From an uncultured Erysipelotrichaceae bacterium (GTDB lineage Bacteria; Bacillota_I; Bacilli_A; Erysipelotrichales; Erysipelotrichaceae), in the NCBI GenBank assembly GCA_964457525.1, contig CAYWGS010000039.1, positions 1 through 12,891 on the forward strand: 12,891 nt of DNA, in the 5' to 3' direction. The notes under the pieces were generated by a model that made no database searches, was not told where the DNA came from, and saw only the letters and a list, made by a program, of their open reading frames with translations. The translations under genes and the position numbers were made by a program. This document shows, in pieces, positions 1 to 7,946 of this stretch. Numbering within the stretch: the stretch's first letter is position 1; the number at the start of each line of letters is the position of its first letter.

Positions 1-1314
1 ATTGATCACAAAATGAGTGAAGGTAAAAGTGAAGAAGAGGCTGTTAAAGACTTTGGAGATTTAGGTGAATTATCACGTAATATCTTACAAGCGTATAAAC
101 TAAATGAACGATACACACAGTCTAATAAATGGGTTGAAATCTTAAAACAAGGTGAAAGTTCAGGCAAAGTACTCTTACATCGTTTTGAAGCGTTCTATTC
201 AAAGATTTCATTATCAGAGGTGTTTAAGTATTTGATTCTGATTATCTTATCCTTTGGATTAGTCGCAATCTTAAAATTACCATTTAGTTTATTTAGAAGT
301 ATCTCTCTCTGGTTCTTAGAAATCATATTTGGCTATAACTTTGTGAGTCACTTCGATGGTATATGGACATTTGTAGTCAACGCGATTTATTACTTATGTG
401 CAATTCTACTCATGATGTCTGTCGTTCACTTTGGCCAACAACGTTATATGCATATTACACATGAAAGTCAAAGAATGGATCATGATGATAAAACAGATGA
501 TGAAGTCGAAGTTATGGAAGAGAAAGTTGTGGAAGAAAAAGTTGAGAAGGTTAAACCACAAAAGCGTGAAAAACAATCCTTTGGATTCGGTGGATTTGTT
601 AAAAAGCTTGTTAATTTGTTCTACTACATGATTATCTGGTCACTTCGTTTACTTATACTTGCGGTATTGTTCCCTGTACTCATTGGAATTATTGTAGGAT
701 TATTCATCTGGGGTATGTTAGTGTTCTTGGTTTTATCAAAAGTTCCACTCATTGGTCTTATGTTTACAAGTGGTATGGGTTTAGTATTTACATTATGTTT
801 ATTCTTCATCATCTTTGCGTTTGTCTTTGGAGTAAAACTCAAAACATGGCGTTACTCTAGATTGTTTAGTATTCTACTCATTACCCTTATCCTTGGTGGA
901 TTTGGAACAATCTGGTCAATCAATGAATTAACTCAATTTGAATGGGTAGGTAATGAAGATAAACTGATTGAACAAGAATATAAACTAGAAGAACTAGAGA
1001 AGATATCACTCATCAATACTTGGTCAGAGTTTGTGATTGATAATACCTTAGAAGATGGAGTTATTATTTGTGCTTTACCAGAATCGAATGATAAAGTAAG
1101 TCTTTCTAAAGAAAATTCTAAATTATTGATTTCTGTTGATAATTACTCTGATATGGATGAGATTAACTATATTAGACAAAGTATTATGAATCAGTTTGAA
1201 GCACTTAAAGATCGTAAACTAATTATTAACTTTGATGATTCAAGCAATCGAATCATTATACGTGTCAATGATCGAAGTTATAATCAGTTAATGAATGCGA
1301 TTGATTACAATTAA
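1..1314 (+). CDS. 5'-truncated polytopic membrane protein with a DUF1700/HAAS-like N-terminal helical module (putative PadR-partner membrane sensor), a second membrane block and an uncharacterised C-terminal domain
   Basis: Frame 1 is open from base 1 (IDHK precedes the first in-window Met at 13). The 12 nt before ATG13 contain no SD, so the true start is probably upstream of the window. The N-terminal segment EGKSEEEAVKDFGDLGELSRNILQAY resembles the DUF1700 consensus (..GksEEEii.eLGdP.eiAkeil..) as I remember it. About 3 hydrophobic helices follow (aa ~70-140 of the track ORF), then an acidic/Lys-rich linker (DHDDKTDDEVEVMEEKVVEEKVEKVKPQKREKQ), about 4 more hydrophobic helices (aa ~199-303) and a ~130-aa soluble tail. 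TAA stop at 1312-1314, followed by a hairpin terminator. Confidence 0.8.
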   Translation: MDHKMSEGKSEEEAVKDFGDLGELSRNILQAYKLNERYTQSNKWVEILKQGESSGKVLLHRFEAFYSKISLSEVFKYLILIILSFGLVAILKLPFSLFRSISLWFLEIIFGYNFVSHFDGIWTFVVNAIYYLCAILLMMSVVHFGQQRYMHITHESQRMDHDDKTDDEVEVMEEKVVEEKVEKVKPQKREKQSFGFGGFVKKLVNLFYYMIIWSLRLLILAVLFPVLIGIIVGLFIWGMLVFLVLSKVPLIGLMFTSGMGLVFTLCLFFIIFAFVFGVKLKTWRYSRLFSILLITLILGGFGTIWSINELTQFEWVGNEDKLIEQEYKLEELEKISLINTWSEFVIDNTLEDGVIICALPESNDKVSLSKENSKLLISVDNYSDMDEINYIRQSIMNQFEALKDRKLIINFDDSSNRIIIRVNDRSYNQLMNAIDYN

Positions 1315-1340
1315 AAAGCACCTCGGTGCTTTTACTTTTT
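1313..1340. terminator. Bidirectional rho-independent terminator shared by the convergent membrane-protein gene (+) and gtrA-like gene (-)
   Basis: AAAAAGCAC-CUCG-GUGCUUUU: stem AGCAC/GUGCU (1317-1321 / 1326-1330), extendable by A:U pairs, with a 4-nt loop. The A-run on the left and T-run on the right (TTTTACTTTTT) give a U-tract in both orientations. It lies exactly between the two stop codons (1312-1314 and 1332-1334). Confidence 0.75.
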
Positions 1341-1721
1341 CTCTAAAAAGATCTTTCGAGTGATAAAGTTAAATACCATGACAATCCCTGCCACAAATAC
1401 CTTTGCAATCAAGTCATTCATCAAGAATACATCAACAAGGATAAATAAGCTTAATAGGTTTAAGCCTAAACCTAATACACTTAAGGTTGCGAAGATTGCG
1501 AACTCATGGGATTTCTTTAAGTCATCCTTCGATTGGAAGACAAATTTCATACTCATCAAGTAATTAAAGATGAGTGAGAGTGTGAATGAGAAGAATCCAG
1601 CCACAATATAATAAACAGAAAAGAAGTTCGTTAGAACGTAGTAAATAATAAAATCGAGGACAAACGATAATCCTCCAACAACCACAAACTTAAATATTTG
1701 AGCTAATAAATTTTTATTCAT
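1332..1721 (-). CDS. GtrA-family small polytopic membrane protein (bactoprenol-sugar translocase-like)
   Basis: The sequence from MNKNLLAQIFKFVVVGGLSFVLDFIIYYVL to the C-terminal NFITRKIFLEKK shows four hydrophobic helices. The size and the F.VVG....D N-terminal motif are typical of the GtrA family. I place the start at ATG 1721-1719, preceded by AGAGGTG (SD) with a 6-nt spacer. The track ORF start at 1766 is a TTG that coincides with the -35 box of the promoter called below, so the 15-codon extension is rejected. Confidence 0.85.
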   Translation of the reverse strand: MNKNLLAQIFKFVVVGGLSFVLDFIIYYVLTNFFSVYYIVAGFFSFTLSLIFNYLMSMKFVFQSKDDLKKSHEFAIFATLSVLGLGLNLLSLFILVDVFLMNDLIAKVFVAGIVMVFNFITRKIFLEKK

Positions 1722-1737
1722 ATTTTTCACCTCTTGC

Positions 1738-1766
1738 ATTATGTCAAAAAAATGGACATGAGTCAA
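1738..1766 (-). promoter_or_regulatory. Sigma-A-type promoter for the gtrA-like gene
   Basis: On the minus strand: TTGACT (1766-1761), a 17-nt spacer, then CATAAT (1743-1738), about 17 nt upstream of the ATG at 1721. Confidence 0.5.
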
Positions 1767-1806
1767 TTTAGCGAGTTCAAATCAATCAAAGTTTTAAACT
1801 GTGGTG

Positions 1807-1812
1807 TATAAT
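1807..1812 (+). promoter_or_regulatory. Consensus -10 box (TATAAT) immediately upstream of uvrA; possible leaderless-mRNA promoter
   Basis: Perfect TATAAT at 1807-1812, ending 7 nt before the uvrA ATG at 1820. No good -35 at 16-18 nt (AATCAA), and no SD between the box and the ATG. Confidence 0.4.
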
Positions 1813-1819
1813 AAGACAT

Positions 1820-4645
1820 ATGCAAAAAGAATATATAGAAATAAAAGGGGCTCGTGTAAACAACCTCAAAAACATTGACTTAAAAATTCCAAGAGACCAA
1901 CTTGTTATCATGACTGGATTATCTGGGTCAGGTAAAACATCCTTAGCGTTTGACACAATTTATGCGGAAGGACAACGACGCTATGTGGAATCGTTAAGTG
2001 CGTACGCAAGACAGTTTTTAGGTAACACGGAAAAACCGGATGTGGATTTAATTGAAGGTTTATCACCAAGTATTGCGATTGATCAGAAGACAACGTCGAA
2101 CAATCCAAGATCAACGGTTGGGACAGTCACAGAGATCTATGATTATCTACGTTTGATGTATGCGCGTGTTGGAACACCGTATTGTCCAACACACAATGAA
2201 CCGATTGTTGCTCAGACAATTAAACAAATGGTTGAACGTGTCATGAAGGAGGAAAATGGGACAAGAGTTCAGATTCTTGCGCCTATTTTACGACGTGAAA
2301 AAGGAACCCATAAAGATTTACTTGAGAAGTTAAGAAAAGATGGATTCATTCGTGTCAGAGTGGATGGTGAACTCTTACTTCTAGAAGATGAAATTAAACT
2401 CGATAAGAATAAACGACATGATATTGATTTAATTGTGGATCGTATTGTTAAACAGGATGATAGTTCGGGTCGTATTCAAGATTCGCTTGAAATAGCACTT
2501 AAGAAAGCAAATGGTTTAGCGGTTGCGTTAACCAAGAATGAAGAAATTCTATTCTCCGCAAACTATGCTTGTCCAAAGTGTGGTTTTTCTGTTGCGGAAT
2601 TACAACCACGATTATTTAGTTTTAATTCACCATTAGGAGCTTGTGAAACCTGTAAGGGTTTAGGGATGATTCAAATGGTAGATGTGGATTTCTTAATACC
2701 CGATCGTAACAAGTCTATCCTACAAGGTGGGATTGTTTATTATAAAAATATTCTAGATACTGAGAATATTGAATGGCAAAACTTTAAAGTTTTATGTGAA
2801 CATTACAATATTCCGATGAAGACACCGATCAAAGATTTCACCAAGGAACAACTCGATATCGTACTCAATGGTTCAAAAGAAGCGATTCGATATACGATTG
2901 AAACACGTTCTGGTAATAAATATTCTAAGTTTGATCGTATTGAAGGGGTTAAAGAAATGATTGAACGTCGCTTTGTGGAAACATCTTCCCCAATGGCACG
3001 TGAATGGTACCAATCTTTCATGACGGATAGTGTTTGTCCAACTTGTAATGGATTACGTTTAAATCCAATGGCACTTAGCGTAAAAGTTGGACCTAAGAAT
3101 ATTCAAGAATGGACACAGATGAGTGTTAAAAATGCGCTTGTTTATATGTCTGAATTAGAATTAAAACCTATGCAAAAAGAGATTGCACATCTAGTAGTTA
3201 AGGAAATTAATGAACGATTAACTTTCTTAAAAGATGTTGGTTTAGATTATCTTACACTGGATCGTATCGCAGGATCATTATCCGGTGGAGAAGCACAACG
3301 TATACGCTTAGCAACTCAAATTGGATCACGCTTAACCGGTGTTTTATATGTCTTGGATGAACCTTCTATTGGTCTACATCAAAGAGATAATATGAAACTC
3401 ATTAATACCTTAAAGAACATGCGTGATTTAGGGAATACATTGATTGTGGTAGAACACGATGAAGAAACGATGATGGAAAGTGATTACATTATCGATATTG
3501 GGCCAGGTGCTGGTGTCCATGGTGGAGAAGTTGTCGCAATGGGAACACCGCAAGAGATTATTGCACATCCGACATCCATTACCGGACAATTCTTATCTGG
3601 TTTACTCAAGAATCCAATTCCAGAGAAACGTAGAAAAGGAAATGGTCAGTTTATTAAGATTATTGATGCGTATGAGAATAACTTGAAGAAAGTGAGTGTC
3701 AATATTCCTCTTGGAACATTAACGGTTGTGACTGGGGTGAGTGGTAGTGGTAAATCAACGCTTGTTAATGAAGTGTTGGGTAAAACCTTAGCGCATCGTT
3801 TAGGTCGTCAAAAGATTAAACCAGGTAAGGCAAAAGCCATCGAAGGTTTAGAAAACATCGATAAGATGATTGAGATTGACCAAGATCCAATTGGACGTAC
3901 ACCACGATCCAATCCAGTAACCTATACAGGTGTCTTTGATGACATTCGTGACTTATTTACTTTAACACCAGAAGCGAAAGCAAGGGGTTATGATAAAGGT
4001 CGTTTCTCCTTTAACGTAAAGGGTGGACGATGTGAAATGTGCCAGGGGGATGGTGTAAAACGTATCTCCATGCACTTCTTACCGGATGTCTACGTTCCTT
4101 GTGAAGAGTGTGGTGGTAAACGTTATAATGACGAAACCCTACAAGTAACATTCAAAGGGAAGTCAATCTATGATATCTTAGAGATGACCGTAGAAGAAGG
4201 TTTAGAATTCTTCTCGAATATTCATAAAATTAAACATCGTTTACAAACCTTATCGGATGTTGGTTTAAGTTACATTAAACTAGGTCAATCAGCCACAACC
4301 CTCTCAGGTGGTGAAGCACAACGTGTTAAACTTGCCAGTGAGTTACAACGTAAGGCAACAGGTAAGACCTTGTTTATCTTAGATGAACCAACAACAGGGT
4401 TACACTCCTATGATGTGGGTAAACTTATTACAGTATTACAACGAATTGTGGATAATGGGGATACCGTTATCGTAATTGAACACAATTTAGATATTATAAA
4501 GAATGCCGATTATGTCATTGATCTAGGTCCTGAAGGGGGCGATGAAGGGGGCACACTTGTACAAGCGTCAACACCTGAAGCCCTTGCGAAGAACCCTAAG
4601 AGTTATACCGGTCAATACTTGAAGCATCTCTTTGAAAAGGAGTAA
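1820..4645 (+). CDS. uvrA: Excinuclease ABC subunit A (UvrA, class I)
   Basis: 941 aa. The N-terminus [63 protein letters not shown] is near-identical to the Bacillus UvrA I remember. Two ABC modules are present (GLSGSGKTS and GVSGSGKST Walker A; two LSGGEAQR signatures), plus Zn-finger Cys pairs ([31 protein letters not shown]). Confidence 0.98.
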   Translation: MQKEYIEIKGARVNNLKNIDLKIPRDQLVIMTGLSGSGKTSLAFDTIYAEGQRRYVESLSAYARQFLGNTEKPDVDLIEGLSPSIAIDQKTTSNNPRSTVGTVTEIYDYLRLMYARVGTPYCPTHNEPIVAQTIKQMVERVMKEENGTRVQILAPILRREKGTHKDLLEKLRKDGFIRVRVDGELLLLEDEIKLDKNKRHDIDLIVDRIVKQDDSSGRIQDSLEIALKKANGLAVALTKNEEILFSANYACPKCGFSVAELQPRLFSFNSPLGACETCKGLGMIQMVDVDFLIPDRNKSILQGGIVYYKNILDTENIEWQNFKVLCEHYNIPMKTPIKDFTKEQLDIVLNGSKEAIRYTIETRSGNKYSKFDRIEGVKEMIERRFVETSSPMAREWYQSFMTDSVCPTCNGLRLNPMALSVKVGPKNIQEWTQMSVKNALVYMSELELKPMQKEIAHLVVKEINERLTFLKDVGLDYLTLDRIAGSLSGGEAQRIRLATQIGSRLTGVLYVLDEPSIGLHQRDNMKLINTLKNMRDLGNTLIVVEHDEETMMESDYIIDIGPGAGVHGGEVVAMGTPQEIIAHPTSITGQFLSGLLKNPIPEKRRKGNGQFIKIIDAYENNLKKVSVNIPLGTLTVVTGVSGSGKSTLVNEVLGKTLAHRLGRQKIKPGKAKAIEGLENIDKMIEIDQDPIGRTPRSNPVTYTGVFDDIRDLFTLTPEAKARGYDKGRFSFNVKGGRCEMCQGDGVKRISMHFLPDVYVPCEECGGKRYNDETLQVTFKGKSIYDILEMTVEEGLEFFSNIHKIKHRLQTLSDVGLSYIKLGQSATTLSGGEAQRVKLASELQRKATGKTLFILDEPTTGLHSYDVGKLITVLQRIVDNGDTVIVIEHNLDIIKNADYVIDLGPEGGDEGGTLVQASTPEALAKNPKSYTGQYLKHLFEKE

Positions 4646-4647
4646 CC

Positions 4648-5589
4648 ATGGAATTTGAACGCAAAGCTAAGATTTCTGATTTTAAGAAGTTTTTCAATCT
4701 GACTCAATTAACTGGGAATGAAGAAGCACTTAATCGCTGGGCAATTGTGCCGGATATTAATCGACCAGGGTTAGAGTTAACGGGTTATTTTGAGCATTCA
4801 GAACCTCGTCGTATTATCATCCTAGGCACAAAAGAAATGTCTTATATCGCACAGCTAGATCCTGAGCTTTTGGCTGAGCGACTAGAGCGCTTAACGGATG
4901 AATATAGTCCAGCAATCATCATTTCAAAAAGTATGGAATGTCCACCAATTCTAAGAGAAATTGCGGAAAGAAAGAACTTTCCTATCTTCGTTTCGAGTTT
5001 ACCAACCTATCGATTAATGGTGGATGTGGTCAGTTTTCTTGATGAAAAGCTCTCTCCGACCGATAATATACATGGTGTTTTGCTTAGTATCTATGGTAAG
5101 GGTGTCATTATTATGGGAGACTCTGGTGTAGGTAAGAGTGAAACAGCCTTAGAACTCATTCGTAGAGGACATGTATTAGTTGCGGATGATCGTGTAGATG
5201 TGACACGTGTTCATAACACGATATTTGGAAGAGCACCTGAGTTGTTAAAGGGTATGCTTGAAATTCGTGGAATTGGTATTATCGATGTAGCTCGTATGTT
5301 TGGGGCAAGTTCACATCTCGATAATATCGAAGTTGATTTCATTATTCACTTAGAAAAATGGGATGATCACAAACAATATGAACGAGTTGGCATTGAAGAA
5401 GAAGTAACAGAAAAGATATTAGGATTAGATATTCCTAAATCAATTATTCCAGTTCGTGATGGTCGAAACATTGCGGTTCTTGTGGAATCTGCAGTGACCA
5501 ACTTCAATCTAAAACAACGTGGTATTAATAGTGCTAAAGAATTTGAACAGAGAGTATATGATTTTATAAAGAATCAAAATGAGGAGTAA
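4648..5589 (+). CDS. hprK: HPr kinase/phosphorylase
   Basis: 313 aa. P-loop GDSGVGKSETALELIRRGH, LVADDRVDV, and the LEIRGIGIIDV signature. AAGGAG SD at 4637-4642. The ATG lies 2 nt after the uvrA stop. Confidence 0.97.
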   Translation: MEFERKAKISDFKKFFNLTQLTGNEEALNRWAIVPDINRPGLELTGYFEHSEPRRIIILGTKEMSYIAQLDPELLAERLERLTDEYSPAIIISKSMECPPILREIAERKNFPIFVSSLPTYRLMVDVVSFLDEKLSPTDNIHGVLLSIYGKGVIIMGDSGVGKSETALELIRRGHVLVADDRVDVTRVHNTIFGRAPELLKGMLEIRGIGIIDVARMFGASSHLDNIEVDFIIHLEKWDDHKQYERVGIEEEVTEKILGLDIPKSIIPVRDGRNIAVLVESAVTNFNLKQRGINSAKEFEQRVYDFIKNQNEE

Positions 5590-5592
5590 ACA

Positions 5593-7047
5593 ATGGTATT
5601 TTTTAAGGATTTATCAAGCTTTGTGGACATTGGTTCATTCAGTATTAAATGGTATGCAGTATTAATCTTAATTGGTGCATTCGCAGCGTATTATGTTATT
5701 CAGAAGAACTTAACGAAATTAGGCTATGAATCATCCATGATTGATGATCTATTCTTTGGTAGTTTAGTTTCAGGGATTGTTGGGGCTCGTTTATGGTATG
5801 TAGTGTTTTATGATCTTCAATCCTACTTAGCAAACCCAATTTCAATTCTTATGACATGGCAAGGTGGAATGGCCATTCATGGTGGATTATTATTAGGAGC
5901 ACTCTTTGCTTACTTCTTCTTAAAACGTAAGGGAATTAGTTTCATGCGTTTTGCGGATAATATTGTGCCAAATATATTAATTGCGCAAGCGATTGGTCGT
6001 TGGGGCAATTTTATGAACCAAGAAGCTTATGGTAGAGTTGTCGATGAAGCGTACTTTAATCTATTCCCTGCATTTATCAAGAACACCATGTTTATTGATG
6101 GTGCCTATCGTGAACCGACATTCTTATACGAAAGTGTATTAAATATCATTGGTTATATTTTGATTGTGTATGTCTTAAAACGATTCTCAGAAAACAAACG
6201 TGGAGATTTACTCTATGCTTACTTAATGTGGTATGGAATTTCTCGTTTCTGGGTTGAAGGATTAAGAACCGATAGTTTAATGTTTATGGGTCTTCGTATG
6301 GCACAAATAACTTCGATCGTATTCATCGTAATCGGTTTACTTGGTAAACTCGGTGTTTATGATAAATTCATGAAGAAAAAGAAACCTACGATTTTATTTG
6401 ATTTTGATGGAACACTCGGTGATACTGAACCACTTATCATTGAATCCATGAAGCATACGATTAAACATTATCGTCCAGATGTTGAGATTAGTCGTGAGGA
6501 TGAAATATCATTCTTAGGACCAACACTATATCAAATCTTAGGAAGATATGTAGATGAAAGTAAGATTGAAGAAGCGGTACAAATTTATCGTGAAAACAAT
6601 AAGAAACTACATCCTGAATTGATTAAACCGATGCCTAATGCTGTTGAACTGATTCATCGTCTTAAGGAAAAGGGTTATACTTTAGGCCTTGTATCATCGA
6701 AGAAAAAAGATATGGTTGAATATGGTGTAAAACTTATTGGACTTGAAAATCAGTTTGAAGTTATTGTTGGATACGATGAAGTTAAGAAACACAAACCAAG
6801 TCCTGAAGGAATCTTTATTGCATGTAAACAACTTGGGATTGATCATGATAACTGTATTTATGTTGGGGATACATCTACAGATGTGGAAGCCGCAACAAAT
6901 GCTGGTTTATACTCTGTTGCATATTTAACGCACCCTGAAAGAAGAGATGCGATTATGCAGGCTAAACCTAACGCAACAATCACAAACTTATTAGAACTAG
7001 AAGAACTATTAAAGAAGGATATCACATGGACAAGATCTTTGACCTAG
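5593..7047 (+). CDS. lgt: Prolipoprotein diacylglyceryl transferase (Lgt) fused in frame to a PpaX-like HAD-family pyrophosphatase/phosphatase
   Basis: 484 aa in a single frame. Residues 1-259 are polytopic, with Lgt hallmarks (WYAVLILIGA, GGMAIHGGLLLG, GRWGNFMNQEAYG). Residues 260-484 carry the four HAD motifs: FDFDGTLGDT (I), LGLVSSK (II), KKHKP (III) and YVGDTSTDVEAATNAG (IV). This part is colinear with B. subtilis PpaX as I recall it. GAGGAG SD at 5581-5586. The ATG lies 3 nt after the hprK stop. TAG stop at 7045-7047. Confidence 0.93.
   Translation: MVFFKDLSSFVDIGSFSIKWYAVLILIGAFAAYYVIQKNLTKLGYESSMIDDLFFGSLVSGIVGARLWYVVFYDLQSYLANPISILMTWQGGMAIHGGLLLGALFAYFFLKRKGISFMRFADNIVPNILIAQAIGRWGNFMNQEAYGRVVDEAYFNLFPAFIKNTMFIDGAYREPTFLYESVLNIIGYILIVYVLKRFSENKRGDLLYAYLMWYGISRFWVEGLRTDSLMFMGLRMAQITSIVFIVIGLLGKLGVYDKFMKKKKPTILFDFDGTLGDTEPLIIESMKHTIKHYRPDVEISREDEISFLGPTLYQILGRYVDESKIEEAVQIYRENNKKLHPELIKPMPNAVELIHRLKEKGYTLGLVSSKKKDMVEYGVKLIGLENQFEVIVGYDEVKKHKPSPEGIFIACKQLGIDHDNCIYVGDTSTDVEAATNAGLYSVAYLTHPERRDAIMQAKPNATITNLLELEELLKKDITWTRSLT
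6370..7044 (+). other. PpaX-like HAD phosphatase module of the Lgt fusion, beginning at internal Met260
   Basis: The internal ATG at 6370 opens MKKKKPTILFDFDGTL, which reads like the native N-terminus of a stand-alone PpaX. No stop codon separates it from the Lgt part, and no SD-like purine run lies within 15 nt upstream. Confidence 0.8.
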
Positions 7048-7946
7048 CCATTATTGGCTCTGGTCCAGCAGGAATGACAGCCGCAATCTATGCGAAGCGT
7101 GCTGGATTAGATGTAATTATGTTTGAAGGGAGTGCTCCTGGAGGGAAGTTGGTTAAGACATTTGAAATTGACAACTGGCCTGGAGAACCCAATATTAGTG
7201 GTGTATCACTTGCGATGAAGATGTATGAACACACAACAAATTTAGAAGTCTATACTGAATATACTAAAGTTATTTCCATTAAAGATGGACGCACCAAAGA
7301 ATTGCATACGGAAGATGGAAGAGTCTTCCATACCAAAGCGTTAATTCTTGCCTCTGGAACCATTGAGAATATGATGAATATTCCAGGTGAAGAGGCGATG
7401 GTTGGTAAAGGTGTTAGCTTCTGTGCAGTCTGTGATGGAGCGTTCTATAAGGAACGTGAAGTTGTGGTCATTGGGGGAGGAAACTCCGCATTAGAAGAAG
7501 CGGTTTACTTAACTCAATTTGCTAAGCAAGTAACAATTATCATCCGCCGTGATGTATTTAGAGGAGATTTACAGGCTCAAGAAAGAGCACTTGCGAATCC
7601 TAAAATCAAAGTCATTCGTCATCATATCCCTGTTGAAGTAATCCATGATATCAAAGTAACAGGATTAAAGATTCGATCTGTAGTCGATGGTAGTGAACAA
7701 GTTGTTCCATGTGATGGTGTATTCCCGTATATAGGTGCTACACCTTCAACTCAATGTATCCTTGATTTAGGTATTACGGATAAAGAAGGCTATATGATTG
7801 TGAATGAAAAAATGGAAACAAAAATCCCAGGCATTTATGGAGCCGGGGATGTCGTAGTTAAGCCATTGAGACAAATTGTGACTGCGGTAAATGATGGGGC
7901 AATCGCTGCTCAAACCGCATTCCATTATATTAAAGAGCTTGAATAA
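7026..7946 (+). CDS. trxB: Thioredoxin-disulfide reductase
   Basis: 306 aa. FAD motif IIGSGPAGMTAAIYA, redox-active CAVCDG (as in Bacillus TrxB), NAD(P)H motif VIGGGNSALEEA followed by IIRRDVFRG, and C-terminal GAGDV. GAAGGA SD at 7014-7019. The start overlaps the lgt-ppaX 3' end by 22 nt. Confidence 0.96.
   Translation: MDKIFDLAIIGSGPAGMTAAIYAKRAGLDVIMFEGSAPGGKLVKTFEIDNWPGEPNISGVSLAMKMYEHTTNLEVYTEYTKVISIKDGRTKELHTEDGRVFHTKALILASGTIENMMNIPGEEAMVGKGVSFCAVCDGAFYKEREVVVIGGGNSALEEAVYLTQFAKQVTIIIRRDVFRGDLQAQERALANPKIKVIRHHIPVEVIHDIKVTGLKIRSVVDGSEQVVPCDGVFPYIGATPSTQCILDLGITDKEGYMIVNEKMETKIPGIYGAGDVVVKPLRQIVTAVNDGAIAAQTAFHYIKELE

Noticed and set aside
516-545. Two tandem 15-bp units (GGAAGAGAAAGTTGT / GGAAGAAAAAGTTGA) encoding EEKVV-EEKVE
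   Set aside because: Only two imperfect copies occur, inside a charged low-complexity linker. This is ordinary coding-sequence micro-duplication, not a repeat array or CRISPR.
431-842. Track ORFs 431..631 (+, 66 aa) and 624..842 (-, 72 aa) nested in the membrane-protein gene
   Set aside because: Both are out-of-frame or antisense shadows of a long, coherent CDS. Their translations are low-complexity (Lys/Trp-rich or Asn/Thr/Pro-rich), with no SD or promoter context.
1360-1563. Track ORF 1360..1563 (+, 67 aa) antisense to the gtrA-like gene
   Set aside because: It lies entirely inside the GtrA-family CDS on the opposite strand. It has no SD, and its Lys/Asn/Thr-rich composition is typical of the antisense of a hydrophobic AT-rich gene.
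1722-1766. 15-codon N-terminal extension of the gtrA-like ORF (track start at 1766)
   Set aside because: That start is a TTG forming part of a TTGACT -35 box. A strong SD (AGAGGTG) precedes the internal ATG at 1721, and the extension (MTHVHFFDIMQEVKN) is not GtrA-like.
1722-1819. Search for a LexA/Cheo box (GAAC-N4-GTTC) upstream of uvrA
   Set aside because: Only an isolated GTTC (in GAGTTCAAAT) is present, without the GAAC partner, so no SOS operator is called.
1908-3686. Track ORFs 1908..2114 (-), 2803..3021 (-) and 3480..3686 (+) inside uvrA
   Set aside because: All are nested in the highly conserved uvrA frame. They show no start-site signals, and their translations show no recognisable motif. 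They are treated as chance ORFs.
6737-6928. Track ORF 6737..6928 (+, 63 aa) inside the HAD module of lgt-ppaX
   Set aside because: It is an alternative frame of a region whose main frame carries HAD motifs III and IV. It has no SD.
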